Notes under the pieces: generated by a model | Database searches by the model: none | Told to the model about the DNA's origin: nothing | The model's input: only the letters and a program-made list of their open reading frames with translations | Assembly (NCBI GenBank): GCA_963662265.2 | Contig: CAXXHA010000013.1 | Span: 64,001-128,000, forward strand | DNA: 64,000 nucleotides | Direction: 5' to 3' | DNA from: Spirochaetia bacterium | GTDB lineage: Bacteria > Spirochaetota > Spirochaetia > CADAEX01 | Program-made: the position numbers and the translations under genes | Shown here: in pieces, positions 48,697 to 59,233 of the stretch | Layout: the number at the start of each line of letters is the position of its first letter | How positions within the stretch are numbered: position 1 is the stretch's first letter

Positions 48697-49932
48697 ATGA
48701 AAAGAAGAGTAGTTGTAACAGGCCTTGGTACAATAAACCCGATAGGGAATAATGTCGATGAATTCTGGGCCGGTGCACGGGAAGGCAGAAACGGAGTAGG
48801 TCAGATAACAAGGTTTGATACTGAAGGTTTTGCCTCTACAATTGCGGGAGAGGTCAAGGATTTTGATCCGACTCTTTATATGGAAAAGAAGGAAATCAAG
48901 AAAATAGACCTTTTTTCTGTTTATGCTGTTGCTTCCTCTACAGATGCTGTTAAGGATGCCGGAGTTAAAGAGGGTGATGTTGATCCTGAACGGTTTGGAG
49001 TTATTCTCGGAAACGGTATAGGGGGATTTGAAACAATCGAGGAAGGGTATCAAAAACTTCTTGACAGGGGACCGAGAAGGCTCCCTGTAATGACAGTTCC
49101 AAAGATGCTTTCAAACCTCGGGCCCGGTAATGTTGCGATTGCCCTGAATGCCCAGGGACCCTGCTACACAGTTGTTACTGCATGTGCTTCAGGTACAGAT
49201 GCAATCGGGGATGCTGCACGATGGATTGAATCAGGCGCATGCGACATGATGGTGACAGGGGGTGTTGAGGCTCCTATAACTAAAATGGGTGTTGCAGGTT
49301 TCAATGTAATTCAGGCATTGAGTACCAGGAACGATTCTCCCGAAACAGCAAGCCGTCCTTTTGACAAGAACCGTGATGGTTTTGTTATGGCAGAAGGGGC
49401 TGGTATTCTTATTCTTGAAGAGTATGAGCATGCTGTAAAAAGAGGGGCTAAAATTTACTGTGAGCTTGCAGGGTATGGAATTTCATGCGATGCAAACCAT
49501 ATAACAGCACCCCATCCGGAAGGAAAAGGCGCTGTTCAGGCAATTAGAATGGCTCTCTCAACTGCAGGAATCAAGCCTGAAGATGTTGATTATATCAATG
49601 CTCACGGAACTTCCACTCCGCTTAACGATAAAACTGAAACACTTTCCATCAAGAAAGCGTTCGGAGAGCATGCATACAAGCTTAAAGTTTCATCAACAAA
49701 ATCCATGACAGGCCACTGCCTGGGAGCTGCAGGCGGTGTTGAGGCTATTGCTTCAGTTCTTGCAATCAGGGACCAGTGGGCGCCTCCGACAATTAACTAT
49801 GAGACAGCTGATCCTGAATGTGATCTTGATTATATTCCCAACAAGGGTATTGATCTCAAGATTGATTATGCTATGTCAAGCTCTCTCGGATTCGGCGGGC
49901 ATAACGGGATACTTATTTTCAAGAAAATATAG
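48697..49932 (+). CDS. fabF: 3-oxoacyl-ACP synthase II
   Basis: RRVVVTG, TACASG, NAHGTST, KSMTGH and GFGGHN motifs. Confidence 0.96.
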   Translation: MKRRVVVTGLGTINPIGNNVDEFWAGAREGRNGVGQITRFDTEGFASTIAGEVKDFDPTLYMEKKEIKKIDLFSVYAVASSTDAVKDAGVKEGDVDPERFGVILGNGIGGFETIEEGYQKLLDRGPRRLPVMTVPKMLSNLGPGNVAIALNAQGPCYTVVTACASGTDAIGDAARWIESGACDMMVTGGVEAPITKMGVAGFNVIQALSTRNDSPETASRPFDKNRDGFVMAEGAGILILEEYEHAVKRGAKIYCELAGYGISCDANHITAPHPEGKGAVQAIRMALSTAGIKPEDVDYINAHGTSTPLNDKTETLSIKKAFGEHAYKLKVSSTKSMTGHCLGAAGGVEAIASVLAIRDQWAPPTINYETADPECDLDYIPNKGIDLKIDYAMSSSLGFGGHNGILIFKKI

Positions 49933-49960
49933 AGTTGAATCTGTATTCTGAAATATAAAT

Positions 49961-50002
49961 CAGCGGCAGCAGATACCGGCCAGGTGTCAGCTGCCGTTTT
50001 TT
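49961..50002 (+). terminator. Terminator of the fab operon
   Basis: GCGGCAGC...GCTGCCGT followed by a T-tract. Confidence 0.7.
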
Positions 50003-50170
50003 AATTACAGGATGTAATTATCCCGAGTACGAAGTATACGGGACAGGGCAGGGGTGGACAATAACGAGGCGAGTTACACGGATGAAACTATGCCGGCCAG
50101 TCCTGTATGGTGCATAACCTTTACTGTTTCCTTTAAAGACACAAGTTCATTATTCTGCTACTATAATGTT

Positions 50171-51769
50171 ATGAAATCTGTTTTATCTGTATCCAACCTT
50201 TCTTTTACATTTCCTGAATATTCATCAATGAAAAACAGGCCGCTTTACAATAATCTTTCATTTAAAGTTGAAGAAGGGGAAATTGCCCTGTTTCTCGCGC
50301 CGCCTGAAACAGGAAAAACAACCCTGTCCAGAATAATTACTTCTCTCATACCCCGGTATACAGGGGGTAAGCTGTCTGGGGAAATCAGAGTTTCAGATAT
50401 AGATACGCAAAAGGAAAAACCGTATAACATTATTGACAGTGTGGGAATTGTTTTTCAGGATCCCGAGGAGCAGATCCTGACCCCGCTGGTTGAAAATGAA
50501 ATTGCTTTTGCCCTCGAAGCTTCAGGCCTTGATTATGATGAAATTGAGAAAAGGGTTGAATCAGCTATCAGCTTCATGGATATTGATAACCTGAGAGGAA
50601 AAAATCCCGCCCTGATGTCAGGCGGAGAGAAGAGAAAACTTCTGATATCATGCCTTGCAGCATCTGATCCGGGGCTGTGGATACTTGATGAGACTCTTGA
50701 GGAGATTGATCCTGAGGCAAGAAAAAATATCCTCAACAAACTGAAGGAGAGCGGTAAGACTGTATTTATTCTGACTTCAAAAATGCTTGATATATACAGC
50801 AAGTACTGCAGCAGTTTTTTTCTCTACAACGGGAAAACTCTTTTTTCTGAAAAGGGAATCCCCGGTGATGATTTCATCCGGAAAGCTGAAGCTGCCGGTG
50901 TTTTTTTAAGGCATGATAATATTGTTTACCCTGCAGGCAGTTTAAATGTTAACGAAGGTATTAACAGAGATATGAAAGATGAACAGGCGGGAAATACTGA
51001 ATCTTTCGTATCTTCACATCTGGATGATAATGAAATACTCATAAGGGCCGAAAATATACGTTACAACTATCCGGGAAGTAGTTTCTCCCTTACTGTCGAT
51101 GATTTCAGCCTCAGGCAGGGAGAAGTTGTAGCGCTTCTCGGGCATAACGGATCCGGAAAATCTACATTTGCCAAAATACTTGCAGGGCTTATTAAACCTG
51201 ATTCAGGTAATATATATATGAATAAGAGCATAGGGGCTGAAATAAGCGGGAGACCGGGAGAAAGCCTCTCAACTTTGCCGGAAAGAGCAGATCTTCTTAC
51301 CCTGAACAGGAATACCGCATATCTTTTCCAGAATCCTGATTATCAGCTTTTTCTCCCGACAGTAAGCGATGAACTTTCTTTCGGCCTGAAAGGGGAGAGG
51401 GTGGATAAGAAAACAATAACAGATAAGGTGAAAAATGCATTGTCTCTTTTTAAATTGGAAGATCCCGAAACTCCTCCGGCCCTCATGAGTTACGGTGCCA
51501 GGAAAAGGCTCCAGGCAGCTGTTTATTACCTTCTTGAAAAAAGGATTATTCTTATTGATGAAGCTGATTCAGGTCTTTCTTTCGATGACTATGCATCAAT
51601 TCTCGAAAAACTGAACAGCAGCAGCACGCCTCATACAGTGCTTGTCATAACGCATGATGTAAAGCTTTCCTCCAAGATTGCAGACAGGATTGTCATGATG
51701 AAAGAGGGCAGGGTTATTACTGATAATCCTGAAAAAGAGTTTGAAAAACTGATAAAGCTGACATTTTAG
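50171..51769 (+). CDS. ECF transporter fused double ATPase (A-A')
   Basis: Two ABC cassettes: PPETGKT/FQDPE/MSGGE and GHNGSGKST/FQNPD/MSYGA; start moved to MKSVL. Confidence 0.88.
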   Translation: MKSVLSVSNLSFTFPEYSSMKNRPLYNNLSFKVEEGEIALFLAPPETGKTTLSRIITSLIPRYTGGKLSGEIRVSDIDTQKEKPYNIIDSVGIVFQDPEEQILTPLVENEIAFALEASGLDYDEIEKRVESAISFMDIDNLRGKNPALMSGGEKRKLLISCLAASDPGLWILDETLEEIDPEARKNILNKLKESGKTVFILTSKMLDIYSKYCSSFFLYNGKTLFSEKGIPGDDFIRKAEAAGVFLRHDNIVYPAGSLNVNEGINRDMKDEQAGNTESFVSSHLDDNEILIRAENIRYNYPGSSFSLTVDDFSLRQGEVVALLGHNGSGKSTFAKILAGLIKPDSGNIYMNKSIGAEISGRPGESLSTLPERADLLTLNRNTAYLFQNPDYQLFLPTVSDELSFGLKGERVDKKTITDKVKNALSLFKLEDPETPPALMSYGARKRLQAAVYYLLEKRIILIDEADSGLSFDDYASILEKLNSSSTPHTVLVITHDVKLSSKIADRIVMMKEGRVITDNPEKEFEKLIKLTF

Positions 51770-51898
51770 TAATAGACTTTATATATATGGGTAATGAGTA
51801 TCCGGCATGAAGCACTTCGCTGAGCAGGCTTGTGCATAAGGAGAGGCAGGAGCAATGAAGATGAAGCATTTTGATATAAGCAATAAAAAGGAAGCATA

Positions 51899-52675
51899 AT
51901 GATAACTGAAACATATTTAAAGGGTAATTCATTTCTTCACCGGCTTGATCCCCGTCTTAAAATCATATATCTGCTGTTTTTTTCTGTTATTTTCTTCCTT
52001 CCTGTTTCTGTTGTGAAATATTATTCAGCATTTGCCCTGATATTTATATCATCATCTGTTTCTGTAGGTATCAGAAATACTCTCTCCCCTCTGAAGGTTA
52101 TAATGCCTCTTATTTTTCTTATAATGCTTCTCACCCCATTGTTTCACACAGGCGGAACTGTAATACTCAGATCAGGCAGCTTTACAATACTTACATCATC
52201 CGGACTGAGCGAAACACTTCATCTTGTGGGGAGGTTTCTGGGGGTAACTCTCCTGTTTTTTATTTTTCTGAGGACAACCCGGATTGATGATTTTATTCTT
52301 GCCTTAAGGTATTTCGGCCTTTCCCATAAAAATGCGGTAGTTATAACAATAACTTTAAGGTATATCCCCTATCTCATGTCTGTTTATGTGAATACTGTCG
52401 ATGCCCACAAGATGAGGCTGACTGTTAATACAAGGATACCCGGTAAATGGAATTTCCCCTCCCGTTTCAGAAATCTTCTTTCTGTTCTTACTTCAGTCCT
52501 TATCCAGGCTGTTAAGGGGATTCCTGTTCTTGCTATGGCGCTTGAAACAAGGGGTTTCGGCCGGAAAACAGAACACGGATCCAGGAGAAAGATGAAAGGC
52601 TTCAGGGAACTCCTTGCCGATATTATATTGTCATTAATTATTTTTTTAGGTATTCTGTGTTACCTTGTCTTATAA
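51899..52675 (+). CDS. ECF transporter T component (CbiQ/EcfT)
   Basis: LHRLDPRLK, LRYIP and AMALETRGF motifs. Confidence 0.9.
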   Translation: MITETYLKGNSFLHRLDPRLKIIYLLFFSVIFFLPVSVVKYYSAFALIFISSSVSVGIRNTLSPLKVIMPLIFLIMLLTPLFHTGGTVILRSGSFTILTSSGLSETLHLVGRFLGVTLLFFIFLRTTRIDDFILALRYFGLSHKNAVVITITLRYIPYLMSVYVNTVDAHKMRLTVNTRIPGKWNFPSRFRNLLSVLTSVLIQAVKGIPVLAMALETRGFGRKTEHGSRRKMKGFRELLADIILSLIIFLGILCYLVL

Positions 52676-52870
52676 GTATTTTTTTATTCATTGATGGGAT
52701 TGATATCTCATTACTGGATAAACAGAACAGAACGCATTCATGCATTTGTTCTGTACTTACATTGTAAGCGGGAATATTATATGTCCCGGACTGAAGCTAT
52801 ACTGAAAAATTAACAATTTCAGCCGGTAACAATATTCCTGAAAACCACTTTATAAGGTGAGGGTGAAATT

Positions 52871-53428
52871 ATGCCTGACGCAGAAAAATTTACAAGTACG
52901 GCAGCTTTCAGGGTTGCTTCCATTGCAGTTTTATCTGCCATCACAGCGATTTTTACAATTGCTGTCAGAATTCCGGTTGCTCCTACAAGGGGGTATATTA
53001 ATCTTGGCGATGTTGCGATTTTCTTTGCAGCATTTATTTTCGGTCCTGTAACTGCTTTTATTACAGGAGGTCTTGGTACAGCTATTGCCGATATTCTTGG
53101 CGGATTCGGACAGTGGGCTCCAATTTCTTTTGTAGTTCACGGACTTCAGGGTTTCGTGATAGGACTTGTATACAATATTCTTCTTAAAAAGGAAGAATCA
53201 TCCGGAAAAGGCAATTTTCTTGTACAGGGTATTCTTACATTCGCAGCAGGAGCTCTGGTCATGGTTACAGGCTATTTTATTGCCGGTGTATTCATGGTTG
53301 GTCCGGGCGCCGCAGCGGTTGAAATACCAGGAAATATTTTTCAGAATATTGCAGGGGTAATCGGCGGTCTTGCTCTGACTTTGGCGGTACGGAAAGCATA
53401 TCCTCCTGTAATAAAGTTCAGGTGGTGA
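52871..53428 (+). CDS. ECF transporter S component (substrate uncertain; PdxU/HmpT-like)
   Basis: IPVAPTRGYINLGD and GLGTAIAD motifs; ~6 TM. Confidence 0.85.
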   Translation: MPDAEKFTSTAAFRVASIAVLSAITAIFTIAVRIPVAPTRGYINLGDVAIFFAAFIFGPVTAFITGGLGTAIADILGGFGQWAPISFVVHGLQGFVIGLVYNILLKKEESSGKGNFLVQGILTFAAGALVMVTGYFIAGVFMVGPGAAAVEIPGNIFQNIAGVIGGLALTLAVRKAYPPVIKFRW

Positions 53429-53838
53429 TGAAACTTAATTTTTGTTTACCGGAAAATGATATGTCGCAGGCAGGTACTGCCTCGACGCAACTTAAAAAAA
53501 AGCTGCTGCAGCTGGGTATTCCCACTGCAGTAGTTAAAAAAGCTGTTATAGCTCTTTATGAAGCTGAAATCAACATGGTTATTCACGGCAGGGGGGGAGA
53601 TATTGATATCCATATTACCCCTGAAGAGATTACAGCTGTCCTTGCAGACAAGGGGCCCGGGATTCCCGATATAGAACTTGCCATGCAGGAGGGATATTCC
53701 ACTGCTACGGATGATATCAGGGAAATGGGGTTCGGAGCCGGTATGGGGCTTCCAAACATTAAAAAGAATTCTGATTACTTTAAAATTGACAGTGAACCAG
53801 ACAATGGTACAACTGTGACAATAAAGGTATCTATATAG
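53428..53838 (+). CDS. RsbT-like anti-sigma regulatory Ser/Thr kinase (HATPase)
   Basis: YEAEINMVIH, DKGPGIPDIELAMQEGYST and GAGMGLPN motifs; TGATG overlap with the S-component gene. Confidence 0.88.
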   Translation: MKLNFCLPENDMSQAGTASTQLKKKLLQLGIPTAVVKKAVIALYEAEINMVIHGRGGDIDIHITPEEITAVLADKGPGIPDIELAMQEGYSTATDDIREMGFGAGMGLPNIKKNSDYFKIDSEPDNGTTVTIKVSI

Positions 53839-53852
53839 ACGGGAAATAATTT

Positions 53853-55172
53853 ATGTGTGTATTAAACTGCCTACATTCTGTAACGCTTGATGAGGACCTC
53901 TGCCGGGGATGTACAACTTGTATATCCAGATGTCCTACTGAGGCTATCCGGGTAAGAAACGGCAAGGCACTCATAATTACAGAAAGATGTATTGACTGCG
54001 GTGAGTGCATCAGAAGCTGTCCCTCCCATGCCAAAAAGGCAATTTCCGATCCATTATCTGTAATAGATGAGTTTGAGTATAAGGTTGCTATTCCTGCTCC
54101 CAGTTTTTACGGACAGTTCAAGGATGAGATTGGTGCCGACAGGGTATTATCAGCACTTTTGAAGATCGGATTTGATGATGTATATGAGGTTGCAAGAGCT
54201 GCCGAAATAGTCTCAATGGCGACAAAAAAGCAGATAGATTCGGGTGAATATCCCAAGCCCATGATTTCATCTTCATGCCCTGCAGTTGTAAAGCTTATCC
54301 AGGTAAGGTTTCCCGGCCTGATTGAACATGTAATAAAAATCCAGTCTCCGATGGAAGTTGCTGCCCGTGTTGTTAAGAAATATATACACAAGGGCAAGAA
54401 GAATATCGGTGTATTTTTCATTTCCCCCTGTCCCGGCAAGGTATCTGTCGTAAAAACTCCGCTTGGCCATGAAAGATCCTATGTCGACGGCATAATAGCT
54501 GTAAAGGATATTTATCCCCATATAAGAACTGCAGCTAAAGAGATTGCTGAACCGAAGAGAAAATCAAATGCATCGGGAATCGGTATAAGATGGGCACATT
54601 CAGACGGGGAAAGTGAAGCGGTTGATGCAAAAAGAAGTATTTCTGTTGACGGTATTCACCAGGTTATCGATGTCCTTGAGCAGATAGAGAACCAGGATAT
54701 ACATGATATTGATTTTATCGAAGCTATGGCATGTCCCGGCGGATGTGTTGGGGGAACTCTCAATGTCGAGAATCCGTTTATAGCAAGGTCAAGAGTGAAA
54801 AGGATTGTCAAGGATAATAACAATAACATTATCAGCAGCGATATTTTCGACAGGCCTGGATTCGATGTCTCCTGGACAAGGGAGATTTATTCGCGGCCTG
54901 CAATGAAGCTTGATGAAGATATCAAGGTTGCCATGAAGATGATGGAGGAGATTGATTTAATCACTGAAGAACTTCCAGGTCTTGACTGCGGTTCCTGCGG
55001 CGCTCCATCCTGCCGTGCTCTTGCAGAAGATATTGTCAAAGGGCATGCTGAGAAAACAGACTGTATATTTATTCTGAAAGATGAGATAAAAAAAGTCGCG
55101 GATCATATGGCGCAGCTTGAAAAACGTATGCCTTCAGCATTCAGCAGCAGAGATGATAAAACCAGGGAATAA
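53853..55172 (+). CDS. [FeFe]-hydrogenase-like Fe-S protein, group D/sensory type
   Basis: N-terminal 2x CxxCxxCxxxCP; H-domain SSSCP, SPCPGK and EAMACPGGCVGG; C-terminal CGSCGAPSC...C. Confidence 0.85.
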   Translation: MCVLNCLHSVTLDEDLCRGCTTCISRCPTEAIRVRNGKALIITERCIDCGECIRSCPSHAKKAISDPLSVIDEFEYKVAIPAPSFYGQFKDEIGADRVLSALLKIGFDDVYEVARAAEIVSMATKKQIDSGEYPKPMISSSCPAVVKLIQVRFPGLIEHVIKIQSPMEVAARVVKKYIHKGKKNIGVFFISPCPGKVSVVKTPLGHERSYVDGIIAVKDIYPHIRTAAKEIAEPKRKSNASGIGIRWAHSDGESEAVDAKRSISVDGIHQVIDVLEQIENQDIHDIDFIEAMACPGGCVGGTLNVENPFIARSRVKRIVKDNNNNIISSDIFDRPGFDVSWTREIYSRPAMKLDEDIKVAMKMMEEIDLITEELPGLDCGSCGAPSCRALAEDIVKGHAEKTDCIFILKDEIKKVADHMAQLEKRMPSAFSSRDDKTRE

Positions 55173-55358
55173 AAATCTGTAATCCTGTCTGAAACTGATT
55201 TTATTAATCTCTGTCCACTATTCATTAATCACTATTTACTATTCACTGGTAATCGATCATTTGTAATTGATCCACCCGGGGAAATAACTGCAAAAAAAAC
55301 AGGCTCTCCGCAGCAATACGAAAAGCCTGATATTGATTTTTTATTTGCCGGTCCCGGC

Positions 55359-56255
55359 CTATTTTATGAAACCTTTTCCTTTCAGGAATTCCTCTGCAAC
55401 CATTTTTGCGGGAAGACCTTCCGCATCAACCTTGTAGTTGAGATTGATAATTGTTTCTGTATCAAGAACATCCATTACCGGGGTAAGGATATCATAGATT
55501 TCAGGATATTTTTCAAGGATTTCCTTTCTTGCTATAGGACCTACATTGTAGATTGGGAAGAATGCCTTGTCATCATCAAGAACAAACAGTTTGAATTTCT
55601 TGAGAAGACCGTCAGTTGAGAAAACCATTGCAACATCAACCTGTCCCCTGTCAAGCGCTTCATAGCTGAGGCCGATATCCATTGTTTTCACGTTTTCCTT
55701 TTTGACTTCTACACCGTAAAGATCTGCCATTGCGAAAAATCCGTCAGGTCTTTCAAAAAACTCATGGTCAAGGGCAATCTTCAGATCAGGGTTGCTTTTT
55801 GTATATTCTGCAAATTCTGAAAGATTATTTCCGAAATCCACACCATCACCTTTTTTATATGCAAGGGCGTATGTATTGTTGTACTTTCCCTGATACATCC
55901 ATACAATGCCGTTTTCTTCATCAATCTTTTTGCATTCTTCAAAAAGTTTAGCCGCATCATTGATTTTTTCCTCTTTACCGAAGAACGCAGTCCATGCAGT
56001 ACCGGTAAATTCCGGATATATATCGATCTGGCCTGTTTCCAGACCTTCTCTTACAATAGAGCTTCCTGTTCCGAATTTCTCGGTAACTTTAAAGCCGTTT
56101 TCCTGAAGCATGAGTGAAAAAATATTTCCAAGTACATACTGTTCTGTGTAGTTTTTTGCTCCAACTACAATTCCTTTTGAATCCCCTTTTTTTGAGCATG
56201 CGCTGAATGATAAAAGCAGTACAAGCGCGATTGTGATTAATAATAGTTTTTTCAT
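55359..56255 (-). CDS. Glycine betaine/choline-type ABC transporter substrate-binding lipoprotein (OpuCC/OsmF-like)
   Basis: Lipobox FSA-C; GAKNYTEQ, YPEFTGT, NNTYAL and FSTDG motifs. Confidence 0.92.
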   Translation of the reverse strand: MKKLLLITIALVLLLSFSACSKKGDSKGIVVGAKNYTEQYVLGNIFSLMLQENGFKVTEKFGTGSSIVREGLETGQIDIYPEFTGTAWTAFFGKEEKINDAAKLFEECKKIDEENGIVWMYQGKYNNTYALAYKKGDGVDFGNNLSEFAEYTKSNPDLKIALDHEFFERPDGFFAMADLYGVEVKKENVKTMDIGLSYEALDRGQVDVAMVFSTDGLLKKFKLFVLDDDKAFFPIYNVGPIARKEILEKYPEIYDILTPVMDVLDTETIINLNYKVDAEGLPAKMVAEEFLKGKGFIK

Positions 56256-56441
56256 TATTTCCTCCTTTATGAAATATAAAACCGGGAATAATTTTGATGT
56301 AAATCCGGTTTATAACTATTTTAAAATTTATCTGATAAAGCAGCCGCTGTATCAGAAACTTTTTGTCCGGAAACAATTCCGGTATCTGAACCGGGACTGA
56401 ATGCTGATGCATTTACCCGGTCAATTGTTTTCACAGAAAAA

Positions 56442-57089
56442 TTATCCTCTTTTTACCTTGAGCCCTCTCGGTGTAATTTTCTTTTCGACTGCATGTATCA
56501 GTGCATCAACAAGAATAGCAAGAACTGAAGTTGCTACAGCGCCTATTATGATGAGGTGGTTTTTGTTGAGCCTTAATCCGAGAAATATCAGGTCGCCGAG
56601 TCCGCCGCCCCCGATAATAGATGCAACTGTGGCAGTCCCTATATTTATTGTAACTGCGCTTCTGATACCAGCCATTATTACAGGTATTGCGACAGGTATT
56701 TTTATTTTCCAGGTAATCTGATTGTCTGTAAGGCCTATACCTCTTGCCGCCTCAATCATTTTTTTATCGATGCTTAAAAGCCCTGATACAGCATTGAAGA
56801 GGATAGGAACTATGCTGTAGATGAAAAGAGCTATAATTGCAGGTGTTGCCCCGATTCCGATGAAAAGAAACACAAGCGCAACTACAGCCACTGACGGGAC
56901 TGCCTGGAGTGTTGCTGTAAAGGTCAGAATAATATTCCCGGTTTTTTCCTTGCCTTCCCTTGTAACATATATTGAAAGTGCAATACCTATGATTATTGCC
57001 ATAATTGTAGATGTTGAAAACAGGTATATATGCTGATAAAGCAGGTACATTATCTGACTGAAATTTTCACTTATATATTCAATTATCAT
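56442..57089 (-). CDS. Osmoprotectant ABC transporter permease
   Basis: EAARGIG loop; GGGGLG. Confidence 0.92.
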   Translation of the reverse strand: MIIEYISENFSQIMYLLYQHIYLFSTSTIMAIIIGIALSIYVTREGKEKTGNIILTFTATLQAVPSVAVVALVFLFIGIGATPAIIALFIYSIVPILFNAVSGLLSIDKKMIEAARGIGLTDNQITWKIKIPVAIPVIMAGIRSAVTINIGTATVASIIGGGGLGDLIFLGLRLNKNHLIIIGAVATSVLAILVDALIHAVEKKITPRGLKVKRG

Positions 57090-57095
57090 ATATTT

Positions 57096-58193
57096 TTACC
57101 CTTCGTTTTTAAGCTCTTTGAAAATATCTGTAATATTCATTACTCCGATAAACTGGTTGTCTTTTGTCTTAACGACAGGAAGGCTGCTCTCTCCCGCTTC
57201 CACCATGACGGAAAATGTCTGCTGGAGATTTCCTTTCCGCTCCAGTGTGATCGGGTTGTCAATCATTGAAAGGTATTTTGAATTATCTTTCTTGTTTTTC
57301 TTCAGGTGATATTCCCCTATGAAGCCTCCGTCTTCATCAATAATATAGGCAGTCTTTTTCTTCACATCTGCGAGTCTTTTAATTATTTTCTCGGGATCAT
57401 CATCCTTTCGGCAGGTCACATAGCCGTCTTTTGTCACGTAATCAACATTTTTCTTTAAAACAAGAGCTTTAAGGCTCCTGTCATGGCCGAGGAGGTTTTC
57501 CACAAACTCGTTTTCCGGCTCGTTGAGTATATTCATTACATTGTCATACTGGACCAGGTTTCCTTTCTTTAGAATTGCAATTCTGTCTCCAAGTTTTATA
57601 GCTTCATTGATATCATGCGTAACAAAGACTATTGTCTTCTTGATTTTCTCCTGAATTGAGAGGAATGAATCATGGAGTTTGCTCCTGTTTATAGGGTCAA
57701 TAGCGCCGAAAGGCTCATCCATCAGAAGGACTTCAGGGTCTGCCGCAAGGGCTCTTGCAAGTCCAACCCTCTGTCTCTCTCCTCCTGAAAGCTGGAGGGG
57801 GTATTTATACATATAACTTGAATTGAGTGTTACAAGGTCGAGAAGTTCTTCAATTCTTGTCTTTATCTTTTTTCCCTCCCATTTCAGTAGCCTCGGTACA
57901 ACAGCTATGTTGTCAAACACATTCATATGGGGGAAAAGTCCTATCTCCTGGATTACATAACCTATGCTTCTTCTGAGTTCTACAGCATCAAGGCTTGTGA
58001 TGGATTCCCCGTTTATGAAAATATCACCATCTGAAGGCTCTATGAGGCGGTTGATCATTTTCATTGTAGTAGTTTTACCGCAGCCTGAAGGGCCGATCAG
58101 CATTGTTATTTTACCGTTTTCAATATCCATGCTGAGGTTTTCTACAGCATATTTTTTGCCGAATTTTTTTGTAAGATGTTTAAGTTCTATCAA
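57096..58193 (-). CDS. Osmoprotectant ABC transporter ATP-binding protein with CBS-like C-terminus
   Basis: GPSGCGKT, LSGGE and MDEPFGAIDP motifs. Confidence 0.94.
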   Translation of the reverse strand: MIELKHLTKKFGKKYAVENLSMDIENGKITMLIGPSGCGKTTTMKMINRLIEPSDGDIFINGESITSLDAVELRRSIGYVIQEIGLFPHMNVFDNIAVVPRLLKWEGKKIKTRIEELLDLVTLNSSYMYKYPLQLSGGERQRVGLARALAADPEVLLMDEPFGAIDPINRSKLHDSFLSIQEKIKKTIVFVTHDINEAIKLGDRIAILKKGNLVQYDNVMNILNEPENEFVENLLGHDRSLKALVLKKNVDYVTKDGYVTCRKDDDPEKIIKRLADVKKKTAYIIDEDGGFIGEYHLKKNKKDNSKYLSMIDNPITLERKGNLQQTFSVMVEAGESSLPVVKTKDNQFIGVMNITDIFKELKNEG

Positions 58194-58205
58194 TTATTTA
58201 CTCCG

Positions 58206-58880
58206 TTATGATCGTTTTATTTTCAGTCCGCGGGGTGTAAGCAGAATTTCCAGTTTAATGAGAAGATAGTTGCAGAGAATCCCCAGTATTGAAACAAGTA
58301 CTGCTCCGGAAGCAACCATCAGGAAATTTGTCCGTGAAATCCCTGAAAATATGAAGTATCCCAGTCCTCCCGCACTGACAAGGGATGCAAGTGTTGCGAC
58401 ACTGACCCCCATTACAATTGCAACTCTTACACCTGCCATAATTACAGGTATTGAAAGTGGAAGTTTTATCCTGAAAAGAATCTGTGTTCTTGTGAGGCCC
58501 ATTCCCCTGGCAGCTTCAATCATCCTTGGCGAAACCTGGTTCAGAGCAGTAACAGTGTTCCGGATAATAGGAAGCAGCGAGTAGATAATAATTGCAATTA
58601 CTGCGGGAGTCAGACCGACACCCAGTTTGAGCGGTGCAAGCAGTACAACCATGATTCCGAAAAGAGCAAGGCTTGGTATAGTCATTAGAATACTTGCAAT
58701 GTAAAGGGTTACTTTAGTCAGTTTTGGTTTTGACGCAATAAGGAACCCGATTGGTACGCTTAAAAGAATTGAGGGGGGGATGCTTAAAAGCACTATTTTC
58801 AGATGCTGGAGAAACTGAACAAGAAGTGTTTCCCAGTAATATTTTAAAAATGTAAAGAAATCGATAGTAATCACCTCCAT
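58206..58880 (-). CDS. Osmoprotectant ABC transporter permease
   Basis: TIPSLAL, EAARGMG and AGGLG motifs; true start may be slightly internal. Confidence 0.9.
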   Translation of the reverse strand: MEVITIDFFTFLKYYWETLLVQFLQHLKIVLLSIPPSILLSVPIGFLIASKPKLTKVTLYIASILMTIPSLALFGIMVVLLAPLKLGVGLTPAVIAIIIYSLLPIIRNTVTALNQVSPRMIEAARGMGLTRTQILFRIKLPLSIPVIMAGVRVAIVMGVSVATLASLVSAGGLGYFIFSGISRTNFLMVASGAVLVSILGILCNYLLIKLEILLTPRGLKIKRS

Positions 58881-59233
58881 TTAATCGATTCGAAGGTATT
58901 AAATCTTTTAAATAAGCCATTTTAATCATGAGGAAATCCTCAGGTAATTCCGGCAATTTAATATCCACGGATAGATTAAATGAACCGTATTTCCGGTTTT
59001 TATATACGGGAAATAACAGAATTGAAACAGTTATGTATTGTTGTACTGGTAGTTTGAGCGGAGCCACTTGCAGCAGCTGAACCGATGAAAAAGGTTGAGT
59101 ATCCGTCTGCAGCTTTTTATTTGAGTAATTTCATGAGAAAGATAAATATTTCGATAACCTGTAGACAAAAACATTATTAGGCTTTAAGTTTAACATGTAT
59201 ATATTAGAAACTCAAGTGGTTGAAAAGTAATCA

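Noticed and set aside
58881-59200. c-di-AMP (ydaO) riboswitch before the osmoprotectant transporter
   Set aside because: Consensus elements are not recognisable; only generic hairpins.
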